Shown piece after piece: positions 20,782 to 34,424 of a stretch of DNA of 64,000 bases. Position numbers and translations under genes: made by a program. This stretch comes from Eledone cirrhosa (taxonomy: Eukaryota): the NCBI GenBank assembly GCA_964016885.1, contig OZ024753.1:1426001-1490000 (forward strand), given 5' to 3'. A model generated the notes under the pieces. It saw nothing but the letters and a program-made list of their open reading frames with translations, searched no databases and was not told the origin of the DNA. Numbering within the stretch: the stretch's first letter is position 1; each line of letters begins with the position of its first letter.

Positions 20782-22805
20782 TGCTGGTCTTCGACAAACA
20801 ACCTTGCCCGGACAGGAACTTTCTAGGTGCAAATACCCTGGTCACTCGTAACCAAAGGGGGTTTTTACCCATACCCATATATATATATACACACACATAC
20901 ACACACAGAAATAGGGGTGCTTCTAACATAGTCTAAGCCCAGTATAGCAACCTATCACTCACTCCCAATAAATTCTGTTGGTCAGTTCAGATTGTACAAA
21001 CCACTTATCAAAAGTGTTTCAGCCATGAACATAACTAGCCAGCTAAGGTAGTCCATTAACCTATTTACTCAATTATCTCTCACCTTTTGTAGTGTTAATC
21101 AACATTAGCTGCCCAACGAATACAGGTAGAAACTATCTGGCAGCAAGGTAGTTTTACTTTAGCTTCTATGTTGTGTCGGCCGAATTCCTCGGATCTTTCA
21201 TTTCCATATTCCTCAATGAAAGACACTGCCTATGATTTTCAAATAATTTGAAAAATAATAAAGAATTTTAAATGATTTACTAAATTAACTTGCTTATTAT
21301 TAACCTGCTGGTTTGGAGCATAAATTAACAAAGGTTCTCCAATAAAATTATGATGGAAGTTTTTTTAGATAAATATAAATAAAACAAGCAATTTTATATC
21401 CTAAAAAGGGAAGAAGAAGAAGAAGAAGAAGAAACAAAGAAACAAAAAGAAAAAGAAGAAGCAGCAATAGAGCCTATAGCAGGGTGTGTCGCATCAAAAG
21501 GGTTAATTTCTCTTCAACAAGCTGTCTTGATTTCCACTCACCTTCTAGTAAGAAAACAGTAGTTATGGAAATAAAGATTTTTAAGCTGGTGTAGGAAGCA
21601 TGACTATAAAATTATGATTGATACTATACAAGATTATGATGGGATGATAAATAAAAACACTTTAAAACAATCAGTTTTGTATCGTAGAACCAAGGTAGTA
21701 AAAAAATAGCAGTCGAATCTTCCTAAATCTATAGTCTTAACCAATTTGATAACAAACCTCCCGATTCTACGTTTACAAACATGTTTTAAGGTATTCATTG
21801 AAAAACCTTCCATCATAATTTCATGTAAGAAATTATTAAGCTATGCTACCAACACAAGCTTTAAAATTCTTGATTATTTTCAAAATTATTTTAAAGTAAT
21901 AGGCAGTATTTTTCATTAGAAACATGGTAATGAAAGGGTTTTTTTTTTAAAGAATGACGCGAGACACTGGAGTCATAAATATACAAAAGTGCAGAATGGT
22001 CGTAGCTGGAAGGCCTTCGATCAGAGATCTATTTGATCAGGGATAATTTAGGGAACAAAAACGAAAACAATAACCAGTGTGTAAATATATATATGTAGAG
22101 AGAGTAAATCACTCACAGCTCATGTATGATGTATCTATGTATGCATACATACGTGCATGTCGTTCTCTCTCGATGAAGGCTTCGGTCCAAAACATCGTTT
22201 CTTTCTCCTCACGACCCTAACACTTCATCTTAGCTTCTTAAAGTGTTAATGTCTATCTGTCTGCCCATGTCTTACTCAATGCATGTGTATTTATGAACAT
22301 GCGCTTGTTATCTCTCTCTCTTTCTCTCTCACAACAACATTGCATGTCAAACATTATTTGTGGGGGGGAAGAAGGGCCGTGGTGGTAGTGTTGATTGTAC
22401 GTGTTTGAGAGAGGGAATGAGTGTCAATAGTAATCGGAGTGTGGTGGTGGTGAGGATGTCAATGAGTGTTTACATGTATGTAGAGGGGGTGGGTTGTTAA
22501 TAGTAGGGGTGGTGGTGGTGGTGATAAATACGTAATAATGGATAGAAGTGGTGGTGGTGTGGTGTCAATGGTGATTGCGAGGTAAACAGGAGTAGTAAAA
22601 GAGGGTGGAAGTGCAGATGGCGGTGAGGGGTCGGTGCCTGTAGTAATAGTAATAATAGTAGTTTTGAACAAGCGATACTTTTACAACTGATTTCATTGGC
22701 TGGAAAGTGGACCAGTCGATGATAAGAGAAAGAGGAGGAGGAAGAGGTGACAACAGTATGGTGGGTTAGGGGGAATGGTGACACAGAAGGAAGAAAGGGG
22801 GAGTA

Positions 22806-22841
<36 letters not shown>

Positions 22842-22879
22842 AATCGTCGTAACGATGGAGGTGCTGGTGGTGAAAATAG

Positions 22880-23065
22880 TACCAGAGAAAAGAGAGAGTA
22901 AGTTAATCAATGGTGGTGGCAGTAGTGATAGAAAAAAGAGAGAGTAAGTTAATCAATGGTGGTGGCAGTAGTAGAGACGGAGAGATAGAGTAAGTTAACG
23001 AGTGGTGGTGGTGGTAGTAGTAGAGACGGAGAGATAGAGTAAGTTAATCAGTGGAAGTGGTAATG
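22880..23065. repeat. Tandem repeat of about 45 bp, about 4 copies, in a GA/GT-rich low-complexity region
   Basis: GAGAGTAAGTTAATCAATGGTGGTGGCAGTAG recurs. Confidence 0.8.
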
Positions 23066-23319
23066 ATAGTCCTCCTGTGTTTTCGTCAAGTATTCTTTCT
23101 CTGGCATCAGCCATTATACTTACATATACACACACCACTTCACTTTACTCTCCCGCTCTTCTTATTCAGCTTCGTAAACATGTTAACAGAAAACACAAGA
23201 GCACCTTAGTTTAACTTAAAACAAGTTTGGTTTTGTTTAACTTTACAGCACTAGGGCAGGACTTGAGCCAATTGGACCAATTACCTCTCACCCCCGCGCT
23301 AAAGTAATATACTCTCGGA

Positions 23320-23461
23320 CAGTGCTGGATTTAGGACAAATGAGGCCCTGTGCTAGTTAAGTTATGAAGCTCCTTACTTAGGCCCCGAAGGAGGTAACAA
23401 ATTTGTTTGGCAGGCAGATGGGATCCCCTTGCACTTAAGCACAATGGTAAACCCGGCACTG
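23320..23461. mobile_element. hAT-type MITE, 142 bp
   Basis: TIRs CAGTGCTGGATTTA / TAAACCCGGCACTG (12/14 match) and 8-bp TSD CTCTCGGA / CTCTCGGC. Confidence 0.8.
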
Positions 23462-23659
23462 CTCTCGGCTGAGATCGGTAAATCAAAAGCCAGTCCAATT
23501 CTGAGATTGATTCTTATTCTATTATTCACCCTCCCCGGAAGAACTTGCCTGTGGTTAAACACGGAGGGAGATGAGCGGCACTAAATTTAGATGTCCAAAA
23601 CATGCCGCATGTTACATTGGCGTCTGTATAACTCCATCATGAGTTGAGGACTCAGAGGC

Positions 23660-23713
23660 AATTGTGGAACATTTGGCTGCTATTTCTAGTAAGTTGAGTG
23701 ACTCCATAGAGGT
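23660..23713 (+). repeat. Unclassified dispersed repeat, also at about 7870-7925, 11930-11960, 24405-24460(-), 62835-62883
   Basis: Shared GATTTGGCTGCTATTTCTAG...CCATA(G/T)AG motif. Confidence 0.6.
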
Positions 23714-24119
23714 TGGACATTCTGCTATAACTACTTAAGGCTGACCAACTAGTTAGGTAGGTATATGGAGTACAACACATAATAGAAAATACAAACTGTC
23801 GAGTTGTTTCTGTCTGTAGTTGTATTAAGATCTTTTAAAATGATAAAATTAGTTTGCTGATGTTATCAGCATAGCTGTTTGTTAAATATATCCAAACAGG
23901 CCTTTAGTACACGAGTAGCTAACTGAAATATTTAGAGATTGTACACAGGATATACGATATTTCAGTTGCAGCGTGCAATAATAGTGTACATATGTGCAGC
24001 ATGGATGCACTAGCAGGGAAAGCTGATGAAACTAAGTCCTAAAATAGTGCTCCTAATTCTTAAAAGAACAATACTAACCAGATTTAGCCTATCTTGGAGT
24101 TACACAGAATTTTATCTTA

Positions 24120-24265
24120 CCATCCTGTAATGATTTAGCAGAAAATGAAAATATCTAAAAACAAGCTTGTTATTTCAATTATTTATAGTATCTTTACTGG
24201 TAAACAGATAGTTGTAAAAATTTTAAGTATAAGACAAAAGACTTTAATTTTTAATGTGATACAGT
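24120..24265 (+). repeat. Unclassified dispersed repeat, also at about 4393-4512, 1091-1125(-), 28703-28730(-), 55055-55085(-), 55598-55625
   Basis: Shared ATCCTGTAATGATTTAG(CAG)AAAAT...ATCTAAAA. Confidence 0.55.
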
Positions 24266-24774
24266 CATCGTGTTGTTTTGTACTTTACAAGAATTTCTTG
24301 CTAATGTGGTTTCATATGGTACAGGATGTTAAGAATTAATAAACAATAAAAGCTGAACATCAAACATTAAAAAACAACAACAACAAAAAAGTCAGTGAGT
24401 GAGTTTCTATATGGCCGTTTAACTTGCTAGAAATAGTAGTTAAATCTCCTTCAAATTATACACATTGTATAATGTGGTTTGGGTGCACAACATGTTATTT
24501 TTTATTTTTTATTTAGCTGCTTAATCAAGGGGGGAAGAGCAGTGCCCTATGACCCTCTATTTTTATTCAGGGCCTCCGAGCCTGTTAGGACTAGAAACCT
24601 GGCCCAAATGCTTGCCACAGAGTGAACCCTACTAAAAACATCCCAAAACCAGGTAAAGGATTAACCCTTTTCATCAAAAATAAAATCAGCTTTTTTAAAA
24701 AGTTTTATTATATAAAAAAGTTTATATATTTAAAAAAAAACAGGCAGGTATGCAATTTGCTGTCACAAAATAAA

Positions 24775-25075
24775 TACACATGCAGCAGTGCAAGCATTCA
24801 AAATTTCAGTTTTCTACACATGTAGCAGTGCAAAGAATTCAAAATTTCAGTTTTCTACACATGTGGCTGTGGCTGAACAAAGCATTCAAAACTTCAGTTT
24901 TCTACACATGTGACTGAGCAAAGCATTCAAAACTTGTTTTCTATACATGTAGCAGAACAAAGCATTCAAAACTTCAGTTTTCTACACATGCAGCTTAGCA
25001 AAGCATTCAAAACTTTAGTTTTCTACACATGTCGCAGAGCAAAGCCTTCAAAACTTCAGTTTTCTACACATGCTA
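24775..25075. repeat. Minisatellite of about 38-45 bp, about 7 copies
   Basis: Core GCAAAGCATTCAAAACTTCAGTTTTCTACACATG. Confidence 0.9.
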
Positions 25076-26703
25076 GCATTTTACGACAAACCTCAAAAAC
25101 TTGTGGCACATCTATGGACCATAAGCAGCACAATAGTTGAAAACATTTACACTATATTGCCCAACCCTCCAACAAAAATTTTGATCAATTGATTTTACTA
25201 GAATTATCTCTCTTGCTTGATTTTATTTTAAACAGTCCTCAAGGGAGTTTTTATTTACTAATTGTATGGATAATCTCAATTGATTAATATGTTTCCACTT
25301 ACTACATTACATATGTGAGACCCTATTTATTGTATGTATGATAGGAGCGAGGAGACGGGTGGAGGAATAATTAAGAGACCTGTGTAATTGGAAAAACCAA
25401 GTTACATTTTAAGGGGCCTTGGATTGCCAGATGTTCTGTGGCATGTGATTCAGCTCTCTGCCTGCTGAGTTCAAATCCCACCCGTTTCTATCAGGAGTTG
25501 GAACCAGCAGATAGTCGCAGCAATGGAAAGACCAGTGGAATGTGGTCTACTTGGTCCTATCTGATGATCAGCTCTTTTCTTTCCTAATAATGATTTCTAG
25601 TAGAGGCACAAGGCCAGTCATTTGAGTAAGGGGAAAATCGATTAAATCGACCCCAGGACGTTACTGGTGATTTATTTTATCGACCCCCTAAGGATGAAAG
25701 GCAAAGTTAACCTCGGCAGGATTTGAACTCAGATCATAAAGAGCCGTAACTCTATGCCGCAAAGCATGGCGTCCGACCCTCTACCGATATTGCCAATCCA
25801 CCGCTCCTTTCATTCCTAAAAATGCCAACTAAAATACTGTTAAACTGTTATACCTAGAAGACACAGCCTGGCCAAATAGTTAAGGAGTTTCTTAGTCCAA
25901 TATGATGATCAGCTCCTAAGTTACATTTGTTAAGGATAAATAAAAGGAGGTAGGAAAGAGAAAGGTGAGTGAACTTGAAATATTTATCATTAAAACTTAC
26001 TCAAAGTTGAAACCAAAAACTTCAACATCCAATTCTTTTGTAGAAAAGGTCAGATTTTCGACCTGATCACCTGGTCACTGTACAACAGCAGATATTTAAA
26101 TCAGATCAACCTAGAAAGGTAGAAAAGAAAGAGAAAAGTGGTTTGAATTGTAGCGTGACATGAGATAAATATAATCTGATATTCTGACAAATGAAATAAT
26201 CTTAACAAGGCCAACTATCATGAGTGCTCAACTGTTCAGATTGTCTTCACATAACAAAGACTTCTTTTTCAGAAACACACATAAAAAGAGAGAAAGAAAG
26301 AAAGAGAAAATGTCAGTTCTGTTAACTCCTTACAAATGCTACATGTGTCATACACTGGAGGATTGGTGGATTTTATAGGAGGTGAGGAAGGAAAAGAATA
26401 GGAAGATGAGAGATAAGGGAGATAAAAATGAAAGAGAGAACAGGATAAGCAACAAGAGAGATAGTGAGAAAGCTGAGGCAAGTGGGAGATGCATTCAGAG
26501 GTGTGAAAGGCAAGATAGAAGAGAGAAAGACAAAGGCAAGATAGAAAGATGAGAATTGTTTTAAAAGTATAAGACTGGAGGAAGAATTGAATAAAACAAG
26601 AATCAAAATAAATATTTTTCTGGATTATGATTCTACACATCGCACACAAATACAAAGTTGATAGGATAGATAAAGTATATATACACAAGAGCACTAATGT
26701 TGA

Positions 26704-26995
26704 AAATGGTAGTGCTGGTTCCACAATAAAATACACTCAGCCTACATAGTAAATGGTAGTGCTGGTTCCACAATAAAAACACCCAGCCTACATAGTAAAT
26801 GGTAGTGCTGGTTCCACAATAAAAACACCCAGCCTACATAGTAAATGGTAGTGCTAGTGCCATGATAAATGCACCTAGCCCAATCTGTAAAGTGGTAGTG
26901 CCAAAGCACCCACTTCACCTTGTTAGAAGTAGTAGTGCTACAATAAAACTCACCTAGCACACACTGTGAAGTGGTTGGAATTAGGATGGGCATCC
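26704..26995 (+). repeat. 46-bp tandem expansion of the SINE-B body
   Basis: AAATGGTAGTGCTGGTTCCACAATAAAAACACCCAGCCTACATAGT, three copies plus diverged ones, running into GGATGGGCATCCAG. Confidence 0.85.
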
Positions 26996-27619
26996 AGTTT
27001 CAGAAGTCATTAGAGCTGATCTAAAAAAACTAAGGGAGGTTATGCTGGAGAGGACCTGTCCAGTGTAAAATAAGGATGATAAGCATCCACCACTAAGGTA
27101 ACATCTAACACAATCTAAAAGAGATTCTGTAATACTTGGCCTTTTAGTTGTTAAAACTATTTACTCAATGGAATGGGTTAAAATGGCCAGTTATTAACTT
27201 TAAACTAGGTTACAGACTCAATAAATTAGGCTTATATAGCCATTTAGTTAACTTTTCTAAATTGTCAGTAGAAAAACCAAACAAAAAGAAAAATTCTTTT
27301 GGCAAGTGTCAGGTTTCTAAAGGTTTTATTGTCTTGTCTGGTACTTAGAGAAAAAATAAGATCTCACCAGTCAAAGAACAATCTTTGTTGTTTTACCTTC
27401 CAAATGTTCAATTAAAAAATATCTGACAATTTTAACTCTTTTGTTACAATATTTCTAGTGAAAGACATGACCTGTGTTATTTTAATTAATACTGAAATAA
27501 ATTTTTAAGATTTGAAGGATTTAGTAAAATAAGTCATTGTTTTATTATTAATTTACTGTTTGGAACATAATAAAAGTTTCTTTATATAGGATTATAGTAG
27601 AAGGTTTAAATAAATAAAT

Positions 27620-27985
27620 TATAAAATACACCCTGCATACCCTATAAATTGATAGTGGTGGTGCCATGATAAAATACACTCTACATACCCTATAAATTGA
27701 TAGTGGTGGTGCCATGATAAAATACATCCAGTATACTCTATAAATTGATAGTGGTGGTGTCATGATAAAATACACTCTACATACCCTATAAATTAATATT
27801 GGTGGTGTCATGATAAAATACATCCAGTATACCCTATAAATTGAGAGTGGTGGTGCCATAATAAAATACACTCTACATACCCTATAAATTAATAGTGGTG
27901 GTGCCATGATAAAATACATCCAGTATACCCTATAAATTGAGAGTGGTGGTGCCATGATAAAATACATCCTGGATACCCTGTAAGG
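27620..27985 (+). repeat. 48-bp minisatellite (about 7.5 copies) with alternating variants, continuing into the SINE-B 3' part to about 28125
   Basis: GATAAAATACA(CTCTAC/TCCAGT)ATACCCTATAAATTGATAGTGGTGGTGCCAT. Confidence 0.9.
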
Positions 27986-30177
27986 TGGTTAACGTAATGA
28001 AGGGCATCCATCCATAGGATCCATACCAAATATGGAACATATGAACAAGAAGGATCTGGTATCAGACTGTAACAACCCATTCAACCCATGCCAATATGGA
28101 AAATGGATGTACGATGATGATGATGACTATCAGAATTTACTTACATTTCAACAATAACAACAATAACACTTGATGTACTCTACTCACACCAATTTATATC
28201 ACCTAGCTAACCTTACACTAAAACACTTCTACCAAACTTATCATACAACAAACAACAGCAACCCTCAACTGTAAGTTTAAGGGAGGCTAAGAAGGCAACT
28301 CTTCTTCTCCACCATCTTTTCAACTGTTAATGTCACGTACTGCATGATTAACAAGTCTTTCATGAAAAGTATAAAACAGCACTGTGGCTGCATCGCATTA
28401 ACAATTGAACTTTTTATTCTAATACAGCAAATGTTCACGTCTGTCCAGTAGAAAAGATACCATAAACATTTGAATTAACAAACATATTTTTAACCTTTTA
28501 GCATTTACATTACACTATATTTACTTTTATATTTTCATGGCAAAAGCTTTACCTCACATAATTATCTCACCATAATATTGAATCTATGAGATTTTGATAT
28601 TTCTTTTGAGAACAATACCTTAACATTGGTATGAGTGACCAGTTATGGCCAGTTGGAACAGAAAGAGATGAGAGAATTCTGGCTGGATATCGCCGGGTTA
28701 AAATATTTTCTGCTAAATCATTACAGGATGTTGGAGTTAATCCTATGAAGCTAAGAAGACCATCAGCAACTTTTGTCTTCCTCCTCAGATTAACAAAATA
28801 AATAGATGTCAGAAGTTAGCAACACTGTTCATCAGATGCTATTATTGGACATAGAAAATTTCCTTCAATAAAATTGCAAACAAGAAATTAAAAAAGAAGA
28901 AAAGGAAATCATAATTGAACAAACTTTAAAAAAACAAAAACCCTAAAAAACTAAAAATTTTTCTTCCATCTAGAATCTAATTAACAGTTGGTTGATACAA
29001 TAATGTCTTGAAACATTGAAGCTTATCATCTCTGCTACTATATATAGTTAGAGCAACTATATTTGGTTCATGCTATGAATAAAAACTGATTTGGCTGTCT
29101 TTAAACTACCAAAGGCTACTCAATCAAAGCCGTCAACTATCATCATCATCTTTTTTTTTACGTCTGCTTTTCTATGCTTGCATGGGATGCGGGTATTTTC
29201 CAACACAGCTTTTCTCCACATATTGTGTTGATCCCTCAAAAGATAACTATTATTAGTATTATTATGGCAGTAAGGCCAGTGGATTGGTAGAGCATCAGAT
29301 GAAATGCTTTGCAGTATTTTGTTACAACTTTCTATGTTCTGAGATCAAATCCATCAAAGTCAATTTTGCTTTTCATCCTTTCTAGGGTCAATAAAGTATG
29401 GCATGTCTTGGGCATTTCAAATGTAGCAGAACCCATCTCTCTTCAGATTGAAACACCTGATTTCTTCCAGAGAAAGAAAAAGAGAGAGAAGAAAAACCAG
29501 CCCCAGTACTGAACAGTTATTTTATTAATTGACTTCAAAAGGATTCTCATGATTAATAATTTTAGTAAACCTTTCAAAATTCTTCATTAGGTAATTGAAA
29601 TAAAGTGTTTTTCATTAGAAATACTGCCATGAAAGTGTTAAAACAAACAGTATTAGAGACAGTTACAGGTGGTTTGGTGTGTAAAAAAGGGTTATGGATT
29701 CAATACACATTTCACAGCTCAACACTGCAAATGATTTCTAGTCAAGTGTAGCTATCAGTATTAGTCATCTTTATGTGTGCAATGTGTAGAGATGGTGGTG
29801 GGGTGTTTGTGCACGTCTGCTTATTTTGGCAATCACTGTAATGTAGCAGGTAAGTTCCTATCGAAACAAGTAATCTCATTACCCAGTTTGATGACCAGTT
29901 CAGTCGTAGTGTTTTTTACCTAATTTTGCTAACACACTCTAGGAAACCTATTCTCTCACATGAGTCAATAATGCGAACCAGTTGTTGATGGGTACCACTA
30001 ACAACAAAAAGGTCAAGCCATTGATTATTTATCACATTAGTGCACAAGAGAAATATAATTTTTATGTGATTTCTACCATATTCTGGATCAGGTGGTGAGT
30101 AGATGGGTGTTGCTAAGGTGATACTGTGGCTGTATGGATGCAGTATGACCAAAATGATTAAGAAGTTTGCTTTGCAA

Positions 30178-30720
30178 TCGATGAGTCCCTGATTTGATCC
30201 GAGTGTGTGATATCTTGGGCAGTCAAGAGTCCTTTATTTGCTCCCAATGCCTGATATCTTGGGCAATCATTGACTCCTTGGTTTGATCCCAGTGTGTGAT
30301 ATCTTGGGAAGTCAATGAGTCTCTGATTTGATCCCAGTGTGTGATATCTTGGGCAGTCAATGTGTCCCTTATTTGTTCCCAATGCCTGATATCTTGGGCA
30401 ATCATTGAGTCCTTGGTTTGATCCCAGTGTGTGATATCTTGGGCAATCAATGAGTCCCAGATTTGATCCCAGTGTGTGATATCTTGGGCAGTCAATGTGT
30501 CCCTTATTTGCTCCCAATGCCTGATATCTTGGGCAATCATTGAGTCCTTGGTTTGATCCCAGTGTGTGATATCTTGGGCAATCAATGAGTCCCAGATTTG
30601 ATCCCAGTGTGTGACATCTTGGGCAATCAATGAGTCCCTGATTTGATACCAGTGTGTGATATCTTGGGCAGTCAATGAGTCCTTGGTTTGATCCCAGTAT
30701 TTGACATCTTGAGGAAGTGT
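30178..30720 (+). repeat. 45-bp minisatellite (about 12 copies) with 135-bp three-unit higher-order structure
   Basis: GATATCTTGGGCA recurs every 45 bp, with three spacer variants cycling in order. Confidence 0.92.
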
Positions 30721-31350
30721 CATTTATGGTAAATGAAAAAGTTTCTGAACCAAAAAGGGGTTCTGCATTTGAAAAAGGTTGGGAAACACTGCACTAGAGT
30801 ATTAATAATGGTCAACACAAATCAACTGACCACAGAATACCCTGTACAACTCACAATTCATAGATTTAGAGAGGCAGGCCTAAAATCAACATAGCTACTG
30901 GGGCTTCTTTCAGCAGTGGCTGGGTAAATAGATGGGAACTGTTGTAAATGACAGCTGGTTCTGCCCTGACATAGTAGCAGTTGTTTTAATACAGTTATAT
31001 TGGTTGAATCATTACAAGAAATATAAGGCAAAACAGAAACACTGATGAAAAAAAATTACACATATACACAAATACATACATACACACATACATACACATA
31101 AATACACATACACATACACACATACATATACACACACACCCACATGCAATATCTCTCACTCTCTCTCTCTCCACTCTGCAGAGTTTTTGTTTTGATTTTT
31201 TTCTTGTATTTATTATTCTCTAGTTATTAATTCTCTATTCCAGCAGCTGAGGTTAACAAGTGCAATCTATTCATAGATGTTTTTTGGAGAAAGTCAAGCA
31301 AAATAATGTTGTTTATTTGTTTTTGTTTGTGGAAAATAGACCTTAAACAG

Positions 31351-31381
<31 letters not shown>

Positions 31382-32074
31382 ATATATATGCACAGACGCA
31401 TATCCATACATACACACATATATAATTATATATGCAGACAAAACAAGGATGGACATGTACATTTTATATACATGCAAGCATAGAAAATAGACATGAATCG
31501 TTGATGATGTGATGATGATGATAAATATATGTACAGGCTGTCCCAACAGCATTCTAATAATTATTGCCTGTACAGGTAATCGAAGTGTGTATACATTTTT
31601 TGGGGACACCTTGTATATATATATATGTGTGTGTAAGTGTGTCATCATCATGATACAACATCCGTTTTCCTCATAAGCAAGGTTTGGACTATATATATAT
31701 AGAGAGAGAGAGAGGACAGGCTGGTTTCTTCACCACACAACCATGCTTCAATTATATTGCCATAATGTCTGAAATCAATGATGATTTATATTTCCATTGA
31801 AATAAAACATACAATAATTGTCTCTACTTTAGGCACAAGGCCAGCAATTACCCAGTGCATTACTGGTACTTTAAATAAAACATACAATAATATGAAATTA
31901 GTTTGAAAAGATTCAAATATGAAGCAACTCTCCAGGGCAACATTTTCTCCATTCTGTTTGCTGGGACCACAACACAGACAGTGCATGGTGTTCTGCATGC
32001 CAGTGAGTGCTCCCTACACCGTCTCATAACACAGAGAGTGATTCTGTCAATCTGCTGCCCATTATATACTACGT

Positions 32075-32256
32075 GGATTGGCAGTATCGGTAGAGGGTCG
32101 GACGCCATGCTTTGACACAGATATACGGTCCTTGCCATTCTGAGTTCAAATCCCACCGAGGTTAACTTTGCCTTTCATCCTCACGGGGTCGATGAAATAA
32201 AGTACCAGTAATGCACTGGGTATTTGCTGGCCTTGTGCCCAAAGTAGAAACAATTA
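32075..32256 (+). mobile_element. SINE family A (tRNA-like head plus Deu/Nin-like core), representative copy. Others at about 46-159(-), 2968-3085, 3690-3840, 11047-11233(-), 25590-25806(-), 29270-29400, 33030-33190(-), 44324-44508(-), 46967-47182(-), 48295-48450, 48757-48855, 50348-50447(-), 51750-51900(-), 62035-62180(-)
   Basis: A-box-like TGGCAGTATCGG, B-box GAGTTCAAATCC, conserved GCCTTTCATCCTTACGGGGTCGATAAAATAAAGTACCAG. The Deu/Nin label is from memory of that consensus and was not searched. Confidence 0.85.
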
Positions 32257-32319
32257 TATACTAAAGAAACAGTAAGATTATCAATAGAAAAGAAATGATA
32301 GAGGTTTGCATATTTTGCA

Positions 32320-32682
32320 TACTCTTGAGTCTTGAATACCCCCCTCCCCAACTTATTAATTTTTCAAATTTTATCCAATGCTCTGCTTATTAAATTTTGT
32401 TAATCTATCTCCAGCGAAATTTTAAATGAAGTGGTAGCATTCCTGCGATAATCAAATTTCTTTAGACATTAAAATACATTATACATGACAAATAAAGTAC
32501 ATTACAAGAAATCCCATTTGTTATAAAATAAATAGGATGGGGTTGGGTTTCAATATGTAAACTAAATTATTGATTCTGGTTTAAAAAAAAAAAAAAAAAA
32601 AATCAATGGAAACTAGAAAAATTACCGATTTTCCAACTCCCCATTTGTTCCAACAACCCCCATTATTTGGGACCCAAGTGTA
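32320..32682. mobile_element. Unclassified TIR element; second copy in the opposite orientation at 46667-46955
   Basis: Imperfect termini TACTCTTGAGTCTTGAATA / TATTTGGGACCCAAGTGTA, with internal similarity between the two copies. Confidence 0.6.
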
Positions 32683-34370
32683 GCCTTTACCCACACTCAG
32701 TAATCAACTGGCAGTTACTTGTATTTTCCAAATTAATCTTTCTGTAGTGGAAATAAGTATGGTGAAAACCTAGTAAAAGTATTGGTTTCACTTTCTTTTC
32801 TTTGATTTTTCTTTCTCTTGATATTTTTTACTGTGATTCTTTATTATATATATGTATGTATGTTCTGTAACTCCTGATAGAGTTGTAGGGTGCCGTATTG
32901 ACATACGGCATTTCTTGGACATTTTAAGTCTGGCAGAGCTCATCTCCTCTCTAGGCCCGAGTACAGCAAATTTCTTCCAGAGAAATATAGAAAGTGAGGG
33001 GAAAGAAATGAAAAAGAGATATAGAAGAAGAATCGACCCCAGTACTAGACTAGTACTTTTTTTTATCGACCTCGAAAAGATGAAAGGCAGAGTTGACCTC
33101 GGCGGGATTTGAATTCAGAGAGCAGAAAGCCAGAACAAGTAACATAAAGCATTCTATCTGACGTTCTAATGACTCTGCCAATTTGCCAATATACCAGGCA
33201 GCAAATTGGCAGAGTTGATGAGGTATTTATTCCAGCTTTCTGTGTTATGAATGATATAAGGCACAATAGAAAAAAAACGTTTTTCTGAAATACACATCTT
33301 TGCAGTAAAGCTGATAAACACCTGATCTTATTCAGTCACCTAACCAGAGCTCTACATCTACACAGCTGATTTCTTTTTCCTCATTTCACTGGTATTCCAA
33401 CCGTGACAACTATATATGTCTATCTTCAGGTATAATATACACCAAAGTGCCTTATCATGTGCTAGGATGTGTTTAAAAGATTTAGCTGTTTGTTTCTTAT
33501 TGTTGATTAACCCACTGAGCCAACTAGGACACCTCAATGCTTTAATGGGTTAGACAGGTTGTCACATTATAAAACAAGTCAGGTGAGGTGACCGTGTCTT
33601 GCTCATACAGTTACTATTTTGATGATTTCAACAACTGGTTGCCTATCCTAATGCCAACCACATTACCACATATACTGGGTATTTTTTTATTGTGGCACCA
33701 AAGCAGCCATTTGACAGGGTGTATTGGATGGTTTTTTGTTGAGGTACCAGCCCAACCACCTACAGGGTGGACTAGGAGCTTTTTGAAATGTCAGTAGCCC
33801 AACCACCTTACAGGATGGACTGGGTGCTTTTTTGTTGTGTCACCAGCACAACCACCTTACAAGGTGGACTGGATACTTTTTTGTCATGTCACCTGCACAA
33901 CCACCTTCCAGGGTGGACTGGGTGCTTCTTTTCTTGTGTCACTAGCACAACCACCTTACAGGATGGACTGAGTGCTTTTGTCATGGCAGGAGCAGTATGG
34001 GAGAGCAGGCGTGGAACATGTCCAGTTCTCCATGCTTGTATACACGGGAGGGTAGGGTAGGAGAGGAGTATCAGGGGTGTAGAAGGTGAGGCAAGTGGGG
34101 AAAGTCTATGATAGGATACTTAGCTTGTTATGGGTGTGGTTGAAAATTAAGATTAGAGAAGGTGTATGGGGGAGGGAGAAGAGAAAGATTGGTTTAGATT
34201 AGTGTCTTCTAGATATTTCCTTCATCCTGTAAATATGGGAAGGTAGGTCTTTTACAGTACAGCATATCGCCAGAGGCATGTTTACATGCCTACATTTAGA
34301 AGTGTGTATATTTATATATACATTGGTGCAGTCCAGGTGACCCTCTCTGTATGTATATAGAAATAACTTT

Positions 34371-34424
<54 letters not shown>

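Noticed and set aside
20272-20936. Three overlapping repetitive ORFs; also considered as a CRISPR-like array
   Set aside because: A by-product of a stop-free 41-bp tandem repeat. There are no unique spacers and the context is eukaryotic.
27548-27967. 16-aa repeat ORF
   Set aside because: Translation of the 48-bp minisatellite.
30158-30723. 15-aa repeat ORFs on -
   Set aside because: Translations of a 45-bp SINE-derived minisatellite, with no splice or homology support.
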